In this document: positions 1 to 13,394 of the stretch, one piece after another
Numbering within the stretch: position 1 is the first letter of the stretch
Layout of the letters: each line of letters opens with the position of its first letter
From: Paraspadella gotoi
Taxonomy: Eukaryota; Animalia; Chaetognatha
DNA: 64,000 bases
NCBI GenBank assembly: GCA_051294375.1
Contig: CM119264.1
Coordinates: 4,055,392-4,119,391, forward strand
Reading direction: 5' to 3'
The notes under the pieces: model-generated
What the model was told of the DNA's origin: nothing
Database searches by the model: none
Seen by the model: only the letters and a program-made list of their open reading frames with translations
Program-made: the position numbers and the translations under genes

Positions 1-540
1 ACGACGACGACGACGACGACGACGCTCTGTCGAATCGATATCCGATATTTCGGTTCACGAAAGACGAAAGTTTTTTTCTATTTTTAGTTTTCGTTTATTG
101 GAGAAACGAAAAAAAAAGCGACGATGTTTTCGGCGGAAGAAGAAAAACAATGTGTTGCGCCGCAGTGACTTTATTTTTACGCGTCGTCGTCGTNNNNNNN
201 NNNNNNNNNNNNNNNNNNNNNNNNNNNNNNNNNNNNNNNNNNNNNNNNNNNNNNNNNNNNNNNNNNNNNNNNNNNNNNNNNNNNNNNNNNNNNNNNNNNN
301 NNNNNNNNNNNNNNNNNNNNNNNNNNNNNNNNNNNNNNNNNNNNNNNNNNNNNNNNNNNNNNNNNNNNNNNNNNNNNNNNNNNNNNNNNNNNNNNNNNNN
401 NNNNNNNNNNNNNNNNNNNNNNNNNNNNNNNNNNNNNTTTTCCTCTTTCTACTCGTCACCATAAATTCAGTTCCTCGTCTCACATCCAGCTTCTTCCCTG
501 ATTCCATTTTGGCTCGAGTCTCGACTCAGAACCCGTTCCA

Positions 541-790
541 TTCAAATCAATCAATCAATCAATCTTTCAATCAATCAATATATCAATCAATCAATTTGAC
601 AATCAATCAATCAATCAATCAATCAAATCAATTTGTCAGTTAATCCGACCATCAATCAGTCAATTAATAAATCAATTAATCAATCATACATCCAATCATT
701 TAATCAATCGATCAATAAATTAATCAATCTATCATTCATCCAATCATTCAATTAAGAATGAATGAATGAATCAAACAATCAATCAATCAT
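541..790 (+). repeat. (AATC)n/(ATCA)n degenerate tetranucleotide microsatellite
   Basis: Run of tcaa/atca units read directly from the sequence. Confidence 0.9.
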
Positions 791-1486
791 CAAACATTTA
801 GAGTCCAGTTTATCATATAGATTAACCCATTTAGCAAAATCTATGAATAGAACCTTTCTAAAAATTCACTTATTATATTAAACGAAAAACTTCCCTTTTT
901 AATTCTGACCCTAAAATTTCGTCCATTCACCCCAAGTGAAAACTCGTCGACTCCTTCAGCCTTAAAATGGGCATTTTTTNNNNNNNNNNNNNNNNNNNNN
1001 NNNNNNNNNNNNNNNNNNNNNNNNNNNNNNNNNNNNNNNNNNNNNNNNNNNNNNNNNNNNNNNNNNNNNNNNNNNNNNNNNNNNNNNNNNNNNNNNNNNN
1101 NNNNNNNNNNNNNNNNNNNNNNNNNNNNNNNNNNNNNNNNNNNNNNNNNNNNNNNNNNNNNNNNNNNNNNNNNNNNNNNNNNNNNNNNNNNNNNNNNNNN
1201 NNNNNNNNNNNAGAGAGAGAGATAGAGAGAGAGAGACTAAGAAAAGCGGCGGAGGGAGAGAGAAATATGCGCGTTTTGATGGTGCCTCCTTAACCCCTGA
1301 ATGGGAGACCCAAAAGAATTGGAAAAGCAGTAACTGTTTGGAGTCACATGATTCACTCCCGAGTTTCACATCGTTTTTCTCACATTCACTTTATCGCGTT
1401 TTTCCCTTCGATGATTTTACGGCGTCGTTTCGGTCCAGGGATCAGATTTTGAGAGCGAGAGTCTCGGCGGCGTCGAGGATCTGTTC

Positions 1487-1546
1487 CACGTGCTGAGAGA
1501 ATCTCACGTGGAGGTAATATCGCACGTGAAAATAGAATTGCACGTG
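1487..1546. promoter_or_regulatory. Phased E-box array (4 x CACGTG, exact 18-bp period)
   Basis: CACGTG at 1487, 1505, 1523 and 1541 with dissimilar 12-bp spacers. Degenerate cores (GACTTG, TACATG, CACTTG, CATGTG, TACGTG) continue to ~1735. Regulatory function is inferred. Confidence 0.5.
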
Positions 1547-1914
1547 CAGATTTTTTTTTGACTTGTAAATGATGAAACGTCAAAACTGCCAAAGTTTACA
1601 TGAACCAAAGGTGAACTGTCTTCACTTGTGCTTGCTAATGTCCGCACATAGTCGCATGTGTTCTCAATATAAGAAATTTGTACGTGCAAAGATTTGTTCG
1701 CATATTGCTTTTTATATGCAAAAATTTAGACGTCAAAATTCCAAAGCTTTTCAGTTTTTTTGCTAATGCTGTTTTGCATTCACTATTATATTTGGTTTCC
1801 CCGTTGTTTTTTTCCCTTTAGAAATTAATTTTTTGGTTTAAAACTTTCTTTCCGCAGTGTACAAAAATTGTAAGAAAATTATTGTTTAAAATTTTCGGCA
1901 CTGCAGACTGGGCC

Positions 1915-1995
1915 AGTCTATTTCGGCGCCGCGGCGGCGCCATCCGTCACAGCGGCGCCATTTTCCGACCGCGAATTCAATTTGTGGCGCGGTTT
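1915..1995 (+). promoter_or_regulatory. CpG-rich promoter-like element with YY1-like and E2F-like motifs
   Basis: GGCGCCATCC and GGCGCCATTTT (YY1-type CGCCATNTT), plus TTTCGGCGC and TGTGGCGCG (E2F-like), in a short CpG island within AT-rich DNA. Confidence 0.4.
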
Positions 1996-2735
1996 ATCTC
2001 CTTTGATCCTCCTTTCTCCCTCCAACTCATTACTTTCTATTACTTTGACTTCCTCTATCTCTTACTGTCTCTCTCTCTTTCCCTCTCTCTCTCTCTCTAT
2101 TTTTTTTCGTAATCCGAGCTAAAAAAAAGAGAATTCTTTCCTTTTTTTTATTTTCTCTCTTTCGATGTTTGATCCTTCGTTGCCATTTTTCTTTCCTTTT
2201 TAACTGTTCTTTCCTCCACTTCATTTTTCTTCTTTCCTTTATTTCCTCCTTTCTTATTTTTCATCTTTCTTTCTTTTTCCTTTTTCCTAAATTTTCTTGG
2301 ATTTTTCTAATTCAATTTTTATTTCTGATGTCGCATGGATTGATTGCTAAAAATAGCATAAAAGGTCTGAAAATATTCTTTAAAAACATTTGTCTTGAGT
2401 TATATACTATAATGTTATTTCAATAATTATTCCCATCACTATTTCTATTTTTATTCCCTGTGCAATTTTCCATAGCATCTCTTTTCTCTTCTGTGTTCTC
2501 ATTATCTAATCCTTACTGTCTCGCGCCCACGCGATTAGTCCTCGCCCTTCCTCCTCTTCTTCTTCCTCCTCCTCTTCTCCTCCTCCCCCCCCTTCCTCTT
2601 CACCCCCCACTCCCTCCCACTTCCCTCCCTCCCCCCCTTACATCCTTTCCTCATTCTTCGGTCTTTATCCGGTGAAAAATATCTTCCAAAGCGTTTCGAG
2701 AGGAGAGAGAGGGAGTTTTTGAATCGCAACTAGAT

Positions 2736-2825
<90 letters not shown>

Positions 2826-3544
2826 TCTCTCGATTATGGGAGCGTGAAATCCATTTTAAACAGTGAAATTAGATCAAAACTTTTGTCGTCACGACGTCGC
2901 GTCGTAACTCGAATTTTCGAGGGGAAATGTTTACGGAGCCGAAGTCTAATTCGGGCGCCAGGAATTGAAATGACGTCGCCGGTCGTCGGCAGCCGACGTC
3001 TTGACGTCGACGAGAGTCGTGTTGTTGTTGTTGTTGTTGTTGGTTGTTGTTGTTGATGAATACAAGTTTAAGAATTTTCAAAAGTTTTTATCGACAAATT
3101 TGAGTGGATTATTTACAGAAACAATCCGTCAGTGCGAAACTTTAGCGAAAAAACTTTATATGCAAATGAGATTTTGGTATGTTTTTATTTGTTATTTTTA
3201 GATTTTGTGTTTTTTTATAAACTACTATTTTTCTATTTCACTTTTTCGCTATTTTTTCTTTTTTTCTTTTTATTTACATATCTACTACATTAAATTATCT
3301 TTTCTTTTCTTTCAACACAAAACTTCCGATTTTAGCCTCTGCTTGACTTTTGTGTTTTAAAAATTGGAACAACCAATCACGCTGTCACGAGAGGAAACCT
3401 TCTTTAACCGACCACAAAAATGTTCTTCTTGACCACAATTTTCACGAAAAACAACCAAAGATCTGACCGTCTGAGAAAAACGGGGCCGAACGGAATTTAA
3501 TCAAACTGTTTTCGATTTCTCTCTCTTCGTCCTTCAACCCCCCC

Positions 3545-3915
3545 CTTCTCTCTCTCTCTCAGGTATGATCCCACTATCTGAATATGTAAGAAATTGTCAG
3601 TAAGGACGTTTAAAAAACATGATTCGAAATAATTCCTCTTTTTGATACCATTGTTGATCGTATTGAAAAAAATTCCACCTACACTTAATATTGTCACCAA
3701 TAGAGCTTTTATTAGGTTTGGGACAACATTTCGAAAAAGAAAGATTTTTTGAACTGCCTCTTGGAAAGATTTCAGAAACATGTTTAGGATAAAACTCTAC
3801 CCGATTTTCGTTTATATCTTTAAATACTTTCAACTTGTGAATATCGTTTTGTAAATTGCATGTAGCTTTTAGGGGCACAATGTAGCCCAAAGCCCGTTTT
3901 TTTAATACAGTTTCA
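3545..3915 (-). mobile_element. Possible degraded DNA-transposase fragment (CMC/EnSpm-like?)
   Basis: Frameshifted minus-strand peptides KRALGYIVPLK...VFKDI...GGIFF...DNFLHIQI loosely resemble the YVPL...DG.FF...LQIQLY motif order I recall for animal CMC-type transposases. Bounded by CT microsatellites. Weak, memory-based similarity. Confidence 0.25.
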
Positions 3916-4109
3916 ACAATTCATTCAAATTCTCTCTCTCTCTTCTCTCTCTCTCTCTCTCTCTTCTCTTCTCTCTCTCTCTGTCTCTCTCTCTCTCTCT
4001 CTCTCAATTGCCCTAGTTCATTTTAAATAAGCAACGGCCGCCCATTTCGCCTTCAGGAATATTCTAGTTTAGTTTGACTCATACAAAGAAAAGTTCTTAC
4101 TTTTTTTAA

Positions 4110-7100
4110 ACATGTATGACATCAGATGTCAAGAAAATGAGCTTTTTCGCATTAAAGGCTTTAACATTCTTTGTCAGCAGCTCTAATACAAGCGCTGGCA
4201 GGAGTAATGTTGCCATACCAGATCATTTAAGTGCAGAAACACTTCAAACCAACAACAGACATTCCCTGAATGTTTTTTGTTTTTCGAAATCTTCTAAAAG
4301 ATAAGTTTAAAACTGATCATATAGCCACCGCATTATAATTCCGCCGGGGAAAAGAAGTTGAATGAATCTATATTTTTATAATTTTACAAAATCTCAAAGC
4401 AACTAATATTATATGCAGCTTATTCGCTGAGATTTAAAACTCACCACAAAAGAATTAGGAGGTAGATTTGAACTCTCCTCAAGGATGTAACCTTTTTAAA
4501 ATTACATTGCTAAATATGACATCTGGGCGATTAACACACTGACACCCGCAACATATATCAGTAAAGTCTTAAATAATGAATGCAGAATGTTCTTTGATGT
4601 TGTTCTCACTCTTGACAAGTTTGTTAAAACGGTGCAATCATGCACAGTTTTAAACGATGTTGGCTTCAATCACGATGTCCAGTAGCAAACTGTGCTATCT
4701 CGTGGTGGACCATCCAAAACAATAAAATCATACAAACTAATTGGGAACCAACTTCCGAGAACTACAGTAAAAGAAAAATTGGATTGGTTTTTCACATGGG
4801 ACTCAAAGTCTCCCAAATCATTTGGATAAATCAAAAACGAATTTTGCTGAAATTATTACATATCTCATGAAGAGGTTACCATTGAAAAAATTGACACCTA
4901 AAGACCAGAGAAAAGTTTAAAAGCTTTGAACTTAAACAAGTTAATAAAATAAAAGAAAGGCTAGCGAGAAAAAATTTAAAGAACAACCGGAAAAGCTGGC
5001 TCCTCCTTCACAGAGAAACTTGTCAGGAATATAATTATCTTTGTCGCCAAACTCCAACATTAAACAAAAGAGGATGTTAAATTCTACTAGGAAAAAGAGG
5101 TTAAAAAAAATTCTAGGAAGACAAAAAGACTCCGCAAAAAAATGGAAATTAATCAATGAAACTGACAACATAAGCATCATCCCCACCAGATGCACTATCT
5201 ATCGAGCTTGACGGCACTCAAGGCTGAAGACGAATGCCGGCCAATCTCAATATTTTTGCGAGATAGATTGTAAGGTATTCTTGGAACCCAGTCCAGTAAC
5301 AAGTATGAGAATTGAGTGGTGCGAATCAGTTTGAAAGTTTTTGTCAAACAAAATGAAGCTTTATTCCATACTGGTTAATAAACACCAAAATGAAGAAATT
5401 AAAGATACATGAAATCAAATCTTAATATGATAAGAATTTAGTTGAACTTATCCAAATCTCTAAAAACAAAATCAGCTGCAGGACAGATGGAATTACTCAT
5501 GGCATTGTTGAAAAACCTGCCAAAGAAGGTTGAACACTTGTTAGCCATTATAGCGTGCCTGCCCTAAACATGGCTATTTCCAAATCATGGAAACTCGCTC
5601 ACATTCACCGAATGATGCAAAACAGGACGAGACGCCGACAGTCATCCAGAAACTATAGGCCAATTAGTTACATCAGTTCTTGGAAAAACTCTTTGAAAGA
5701 ATAATTCTCCAGGTTTAATATCTATGCTAGAACATAAGAGGTAAAGGAATTAACTTGCCAATCAGGCTACCAAAAAGGACGATCTGCCCCAGAAAACATC
5801 GTTTTAACGACTTGTAGAAGATGCTTCATGCTTGGCATTTAAACATCAGAGGCAGTGACACATTTTGGTGACTCTCGAACTATGCAAAGCTTTTACTCAA
5901 TTTGGCTTGATGGTCTAAAATCAAATTAATTTAAATCAGGAAATTCCAAAAGGAGAATGTTACGAATAATAGTATCATTCATCCAAGTGATCGAACATTT
6001 TGTGTTATAGTAAAGGTGAAACCTTCACGTACCATAAAAATCATTTGTGGCCTCCTCACAAGGTGCCGTCTTTTAAGTCAGAAATCTTGTACTTTCTATG
6101 TAAGATCTTCCACTAATCGAAACAGGAAAATGCAAAACCAAGTCCTCAACAACTCCAGCGATGGAAACAGCAGCAGATTGTTTGGAAAATGCCTCACAAT
6201 ATGCAGGATGATTCATTGCCGTCTGGGCTACCTCAAAGGATCCCGTAGCGCTGTAACTTGTCTCCAAAAACTTAAATCGTTTAGAAGGATCGTGCAAAAA
6301 AGGTGGTTTTTAGAAACTATTTACCCGATAAGTCAAACTGTCTACTTTAACTCGCTTCATATTTATAATGATTTATGCTATAGAGAATATTTCTTTTTGG
6401 TAGTAAAATACCTGTGTTTGTCAAACAGTTAAATTTTTAGGATGTAACTTAGATTAAAAATTAAACATGGACTCTACATTAAATGAATCTATTTACTAAA
6501 GCAAGATCAAAAAATTTTTAGCAATCAATCGCCTGTCTAGATTTGTACCAAATGATAACTACGCGTCTTGTTTACCAATTATTCTCTAGTCTTGTTGTCT
6601 CATTATTTATGTATTCATCACCGATGTTTTGCTTCAGCTCAAGATGTCATTGGGAAAAAATTTGACAAAGCCTTCAGTACTTTGCCATAAGAACTTTTCA
6701 AAAATTAACCGCCTCCGATACCCCTACCTGGATATTTTTATTAGATGCAGCAGACAGTGATCCCCTTACAGCAATATGTACGGGAGCATTATTCTAAACA
6801 GAATGGCATCAATCTGTATAATGTTCGTTTTAATAATTATGTTTTGATGACACTTATTGATCGAATATTTCTTCTTAAATCGTATTCAAACCAATAATAA
6901 TCCTCCGATAGAACTACTTCTGGGATGGCGAAACTACTAGGAAGGAGGCGAATAACGTGTGTTTTCATTGTCAATTTGAGAGGTTCGCAATGAAGTTTGT
7001 TCAACCAGGACTGTAGTTAGAAGTGTCGATTGCACTTTGTGTGTTCCAACAGTCAATTACAATTTGTAATATTCTGAGAAATAGGTAGCTTTTAAAGGCC

Positions 7101-7200
7101 CTCAAGGTGCCTAAAGCCGCAAGTAATTTTAGATATTGTCTGTCTATTGTTCTCTCATCTCTCTCTCTCTCTCGTCTCTCGTCTCTCTCTCTCTCTCTCT
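4110..7200 (+). mobile_element. Degraded, 5'-truncated non-LTR retrotransposon (LINE) ORF2: APE endonuclease + reverse transcriptase
   Basis: Motifs in the canonical order across frameshifts: FRIKGFNI..(G)GVML (~4150-4215), GD(F)N-like (~4525), KTKSAAG.DGI..LLKNLP (~5460-5520), FPKSWKLAHI (~5575), NYRPIS..SVLGKLFERII (~5650-5710), QSGYQKGRSA (~5760), KAF..IW.DGL (~5885), G..QGAVL (~6050), QYA(D)D (~6200), KFLGCNLD.KL.W..H (~6430). Ends in a (TC)n tract that may be the tail. Confidence 0.88.
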
Positions 7201-8249
7201 TTCTTGAGGGCAACATAGATTATTTTGGCATTTAGAATACGAAGAAGATCATCTTCTTTTAGAACTTTTAGTAATGCTCTTAGTGATTCTTCATTAATGT
7301 ATTTGTTATTTTTTTATCATATTTTCTATCAATCTACTATTTTTCTATACTTCAAAGATGACTTTGCCCTCACATATCTCTCCCTTTCCTTTTTCTTTCC
7401 AAAATCTTTCTCTTCTCATCCAGCCTTCCACCCAACCCCGTCTTTCTCTTTCTCTTTCTCATCAGCCTCCACCCAACGCCCTCTCTCATTTTTTTTCTCG
7501 CTTCATTTTAAATTCATTTTCTCTTTTTTTTTCTCCCCATTTGACTTTATTAATATTCAAGTTTGGTCATGGACGCTTTATCCATTATCCCAACGCGATT
7601 AAAATTTAGTCCTCATTGCGAAAATTCCATCTGGTGCCACAATTCGTTGCAACAAGAACAAGAACAACAACGATGCCAACTTTTACAACTTTCTCTCCTG
7701 CGTCACAAGCGGAACTTTTTGATGCCACGGCTGTCACGGTTGCCACTGATGCCACGCCCGATTTCACAATCTTTCTTTTTTACAAAATTCTTTTTTACCT
7801 TCTTTCACGTTTTAAGTTTAACCCTTCTAATGACTCCACTCTTTTATTCTCTTTAACCTTTGCTCCTCTCATCTCACTTCCTCACTTTTCCTCTTTTTTC
7901 TCTTTTCTTCTCTTTAACCTCGCCTCCCCTTCTCTCTCCTATTCTCTTTTCCTCTCTTTTCTCTTTTCTTCTCTCTTACCATTTTACTCCTCTTCCCCCT
8001 CTTCTCCCCTTTTATCTCCGCTCCTATCCCTCCGCTCTTCCACAAAACAACTCCTCAACACTCTCTCCATTAACTCCTCTCTTCTCCACTCCTCACTCCT
8101 CACCCCCCAACTCCTAAGCTCTCTACTCCATTACCTTCTTCCTCCGCTACACTTTCCTCCCTCCCCCCAGTCCCCTTCCCTCTCTCCCCACTCCACTTCC
8201 CCACTCCACTTCCCCCCACATCGTTCCGCTTTTCATTTTCTCCGAGATC

Positions 8250-8504
8250 GACCTCCCGTTTAACTTCTCGGCCGCCGCATGATGAAGTGTCTGAGGACGT
8301 CTCTCGTCGTCTTATCGCTTCCGGCAGCGGCGGCTGCGGTTGCGGCTGCGGCGGCGGACGTGGCGTTTCCAGGGGGTCGCGGAAAATGGCAGAGGGAACG
8401 CCGTTGGAAATGGAATGTGCGGTGGTGGCGACGGTGGTTGTTGACGGCGAGATGGCGTTGTCGCGTGGCGGCGGTTTAAAAAAAGAATGGCGTAAAAGAG
8501 TCAC
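8250..8504 (-). CDS. Candidate coding segment, Pro/Ser/Thr-rich, unknown product
   Basis: GC-rich, non-repetitive open frame (SFFKPPPRDNAISPSTTT...IFRDPLETPRPPPQPQPQPPLPEAIRRRETSSDTSS) next to the minisatellite. No family recognised. Confidence 0.25.
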
Positions 8505-8619
8505 TCCGCTGCCAGCGGTGCCACTGGCGTCTACCCGACAACGGTATCAACGATGGCACCGACGTTGGCGATGGCACCCGGTAACGGAGAAGGAAATGGC
8601 AAATGGTAACGGCGATGAC

Positions 8620-8845
8620 GATGACGAACTGGCTGCCGCGATGGCGATGGCGATGGCATCCGGCAGCGGCGATGGCAATGGCAACCGGGAATGGCGATGG
8701 CGATGGCAACCGGCAGCGGCGATGGCAATGGCGATGGCGAACCGGCAGCGGCGATGGTGTTAGCAAACCGCACCGGCGATGGGGATGGCAAACCGGCAGC
8801 GGCGATGGCGATTGCGATGGCAACCGGCAGCGGCGATGGCACGTC
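8620..8845. repeat. GC-rich minisatellite built from GCGATG and GCAACCGGCAGCG units
   Basis: About 7 imperfect copies of GCGATGGC(A)ACCGGCAGCG interspersed with GCGATG hexamers. Unit lengths vary and are often not multiples of 3. Confidence 0.85.
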
Positions 8846-10031
8846 GAAACGGCATTAATTGTCGAAGTCTCGCGTCTTTGGGCCGAAAAAGTCGAGAGAT
8901 GGAGAGAAATTGGAAGCTTCTTTGTTTGGATAAAGAGAACCAAGCACGGTGCTTGGGCCGAAGGTAGAAAGCTTGCGATGAAAAAAGAGCTTGGAAAAGA
9001 TGTGGTTATTGTTCTTGCGAAAGAATAATGCCCGTACTGGAGGTCGTGCTTGCTAAAAGGTTTTAACTAAGATCGTTTCTGAAAATCCGCAACTGCAGTC
9101 AGAGTAAATTGATGGTTGCAATTTTGGAGAGGGGGCGGGGGGGGGCGGCGTAGGCCTAAGTATCGGTTGTTATTTCTCTATCACTAAGCTAAACAAATGG
9201 GAATAGAAAAGAAAAATAAATATACAAATAAATTGCTGCTTGTAACTTTACCTGGCTGTTACGATGCATAATACATTTTTCATTTTTATTCTGGTTTTAC
9301 GTCCCTCGTTGTTGCATTTACCATTTAGTTAGAATTTACGAGACTAGAATTATTTTTTTTCCGCACCAACGAAAAACAAAGGAAAATAGAAAATATTTTA
9401 TGTAATGTAATGCTGTTGCATTGTAATGTATTTAAAATGAATATAATTGAGATCGTGACGAAATGCCGGCGTGGCTCAACCCAAATTAAATCGAAAAGGA
9501 ATCTTAAATTATTTTTTTTTTTGAAAACATCATCCTTTTGGATTAATTATTATTTAAAGAAGAAGAAAAAACCAAATCTTATCCTTTCAAAATAGACCGG
9601 AAAATATTACGTTATGAAATAAAGAAAAAAGGGGAAAAAAAGGAAAAATAAAAGAAAGGGAAATTCGAGGAAGGGAGGAAGGGAGGAAGGGAAGGGAGGA
9701 AGGGATCTCGGGGATGACTCGCGGGTCAGGGGGGGGGAAACTCAGGCAGCGCGAGATACGATCTTTTCCGTTTCGGCCTTGACAAGAATAGACAAGAAAG
9801 ATTAGAGGAAAGAAGACGCGTCGTGATGAGAATGTGGAAATGAATACCGGGAAGGGAAGGGGGAAGAGGGAATGTGGGGTAGGGGTAAAGGTTAAGTGGG
9901 GAAGAAGGGGCAAAGGGGTGAAGTTGATAGAGTCACGGGATGTGGTGTATTGCGAGGTGAAACAGTGAAAGATTTTACTGGGAACTGATGCGACTGAGGA
10001 GAATGAAATCGAAAATGGGAATAGGGATAGC

Positions 10032-10170
10032 ATGTGTCACTATGTTTAAGCAAATCAGGAAGGCAAAAAAAGGGGGTAGGGCTAGGATGTGTCACTATGG
10101 TTAAGCAAACCAGGAAGGCGAAAAAAAGGGGGTAGGGCTAGGATGTGTCACTATGTTAAGCCCAAGGAAG
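10032..10170 (+). repeat. ~56-bp tandem repeat (about 2.5 copies)
   Basis: ATGTGTCACTATG(G/T)TTAAGC...AGGAAGGC.AAAAAAAGGGGGTAGGGCTAGG repeated at ~10032, ~10087 and ~10143. Confidence 0.85.
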
Positions 10171-10529
10171 GGAAAAGCGGAGGTCATGTGTAGCAACCAG
10201 AGGGGAATGCAGGAGAAAAAGTAAAAGTCATCAATGTTGTCCGAGATCGAGAATAGCTCATTGAAGATAATAGTAAAAATGATATCAGGGGGTCGTCCCT
10301 GTGTGTCTTCTCTCATCTCTTCTCTCTCTCCGTCTCTCTCTCTCTCTCTTTTTCTCTCTCTCCCTCATCTCTCTCTCTCTCTCACTTTCTATCCCATCTC
10401 TTCCCTCGATTCCAACTTCTCATGTCTCCGACTCAGCAGTTTTCGAGGCGATGGTAAATTGTTAAGGCGACATCTCTCTTTTTTTTCGGGACGAAGCGAC
10501 AAAAGACATTTTAAACAAAAAAAGAAAAA

Positions 10530-11530
10530 GGAAAATGAAAGAAGAGAAAGGAAAGGAGAGAAAGGAAAGAAGGAAAGAAGAAAGGAAAGGAAGTATAGAG
10601 GGGAGGAGGGAGTAATGAATGGAAAGAAGGAAGGAAGATTCGAAAAAAGTATAAAAAGATGTTGAGAAGGAAGGAAAGAAGGAAGAAAGGATAGAAGGAA
10701 GGGAAGGAAGAGGAAGGAAGGAGGAGGTTCGGAAAAAAGTAGAAGAAATGGAAGGAAAGAATAGAAAGAAGGAAGGAAGGAAAAGGAAGGAAGGAAGGAA
10801 GGAAGGAAGGAGGCAAGGAAGGAAGGAAGGAAGGAAAGAAAGGAAGGAAGAAAGGAAGGAAGGAAAGGAAGGAAGGAGGAAGGAGGAAGGAAGGGAGGAA
10901 GCGAGGGAGGGAGGAAGGAGGAAGAAAGGAAGAAGAAGGAAGGAAGGAAGGAAAGGAAGGAAGGAAGGAAGGAAGGAAGTGAAGGAAGAAAGAGAGAAGG
11001 GAAAATGAAGAAAGGAAAGAAGAGGAAAAAAGGAGAAGGAAGGAAGGAAGGAAGGAAGAAGAAAGGAAGGAAGGAAGGAAGGAAGGAAGGAAGGAAGGGA
11101 AGGAAGAAAGGAAAGGAAAGGAGGGAAAGGAGGGAGGAAGGAAGGAAGGAAGAAGGAAGGAAGGAAGGAAGGAAGAAAGAAGGAGGAAGGAAAGGAAGAG
11201 AAAGGAGGGAAAGAAAGGAAGGAAGGAAGGAAGGAAGGAAGGAAGGAAGGAAGAAGAAGGAAGGAAGGAAGGAAGAAGGAAGGAGAGGAGAAGAAGGAAA
11301 GAAAGAAGAAGTTTCGGAAAAAAGTAGAAAGAAAAAAGGAAGGAGAAGGAAGGAAGGAAGGAAAGGAAAGGAAGGAAGGAAAGGAAGGAAAGGAAGGAAG
11401 GAAGGAAGGAAAGGAAGGAAGGAACAAGGAAGGAGAAGGAAGAAGGAAAGGAAGGAAGGAAAGGAAGGAAGGAAGGGAAGGGAAGGAAGGAAGGAAGAGA
11501 AAGGAAGGAAGAGAAGGAAGGAAGGAAGAA
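10530..11530 (+). repeat. ~1-kb polypurine (GGAA)n-rich tract
   Basis: Almost pure G/A on the + strand. It explains the spurious FLPS and EGRK ORFs. Confidence 0.95.
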
Positions 11531-12397
11531 TTTGAAAAAAGTTTGAAAAGTTTTCTCAAAATGATATTTTCTGACCAACCCATTGACATAGATTGGTCCA
11601 AGTATAAGCGACATTCGGTAAACTACCGAAAAGACAAGGAGAAAAAAAAAAGGAAGAACAATCGATGAAAAATTCTCAAAGAAGAAATCCCTTTTTCTAT
11701 CTTCTCCATTTTTCTATCCTCTCCCTTTTCTATCCTCCCGAGGTCCCCTATCCTTGTTTCTTCTTTTTTCCCCCATCTCTTTCCAACTGTCCTTCCTCTC
11801 ACCAGTCCATCCACTTTTACTCCCAATGCATCCCCCCCACTTATATCTTTCTACCCTCTGATTCCGCTTGAACCTTGCCTCTCTTCTAAACCCCTCTTCT
11901 CCTTTTTCTCTCCCCCCCCCTAACACGCCCCCCCTTAGATTTTCCGGACGAATCCGGTTGCGCAGAACCCGATTCTCGATTCGGTGTTAAGAAGGGGTTT
12001 TTCTCCGCATTGGTGACGGGGATCCATATTCTTATCGCTCTCCTCAGAAGCTCTCTGGCTTTTTTTCTCTCCTTCTATCTCTGTCTCTCTGCTTTTTTCA
12101 TCCTTTTTTTTATTTTTTAGTCATAAGTCAAAATTATTTCTTTCTTCAATGTTTCTCCTCTTTAATTTTTTTTTTTCTTTCTTTTTTTTCTTTCTATGAT
12201 TTTCTCTATCTTTCTCTCGTGACCAATGCATATTCCCTTCCATGTACATAGTTGACATCTAGTTTAACATATCTACAAATTCACAAGTCAATCTACCTTC
12301 ACAAAGGGCCTAAGAGTCACACTTACAATCCAGATACGAAGGGTCAACTACAATCTTCAATTCTCAATTTGAGACTCTCTCTCTCTCCCTGCTCTCT

Positions 12398-12437
<40 letters not shown>

Positions 12438-12602
12438 CCTCTCTCTCTTCCTCTCTCTCTCTTCTCTCTACTTAGCCTCTTCTAGCCTTCCTCGCGCGCT
12501 TCTTTATCATCGAAAAGAGTCGAGGATTCCGGGACAGACAAAAGGCTTCTCTTGAAAGATAACCTTTTTTATTTTCTCTCATTCTGTTTTAAAATTCGTT
12601 CC

Positions 12603-12714
<112 letters not shown>

Positions 12715-13037
12715 AGAGAAGAGAGAGAGGAGAGACTTTTTGTTGACTTTCACTAAAAAAAAACTTCATCATCAAAACAACCAACATAATAAAAAACGAA
12801 TTCCCCCCCCCAAAAAAAAAAAAATTCGAATACTTTTTCCCTCTTAACAAAAAAAAAAAAAAAAAAAAGCAAAGGTGACAATTAAACAAATGAAAAAATC
12901 CATTAGGAGAGGATTACAAATGAGTTTGTTTGACTCTTGGTCATCTCCTTGTTTTCTCTCTCTCTCTCTCCTCTCTTTCTCTTCTCTCTTCTCTCTTCCT
13001 TTCCTCCTCTCTTTCTCTCTCTCTCATCTCTCTCTCT

Positions 13038-13089
<52 letters not shown>

Positions 13090-13394
13090 AATTCGATTCG
13101 GGACATGACGCACAAGCAATTTAGCGCCAACAGCGACGGAGAGATGCGGCGGCGAGGTCACGAGGATAATGGTTGCGTCCGCGGTGAAGGAGGAAGCTGG
13201 GAGGGGGCGGAGTTGGGGGTGGAAATGGCGGAGGCGGGTCGGGGGGGGGAGGGAAACCCCCTTCAGGGGAAATGTTGGAGATAAATACTGCTGGATATTT
13301 TGACCAATTTATAATTTAAAGAAATCGCGCTGCGGAAAAAAAAGGTTTAAAAACTTCAGCTCTTAAAAAACATCAAACTCTGGAGAAATTTGAA

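Noticed and set aside
10462-11614. Long ORFs of 379 and 367 aa (FLPS-rich) and opposite-strand EGRK-rich ORFs
   Set aside because: Translations of a (GGAA)n tract that lacks stops by composition.
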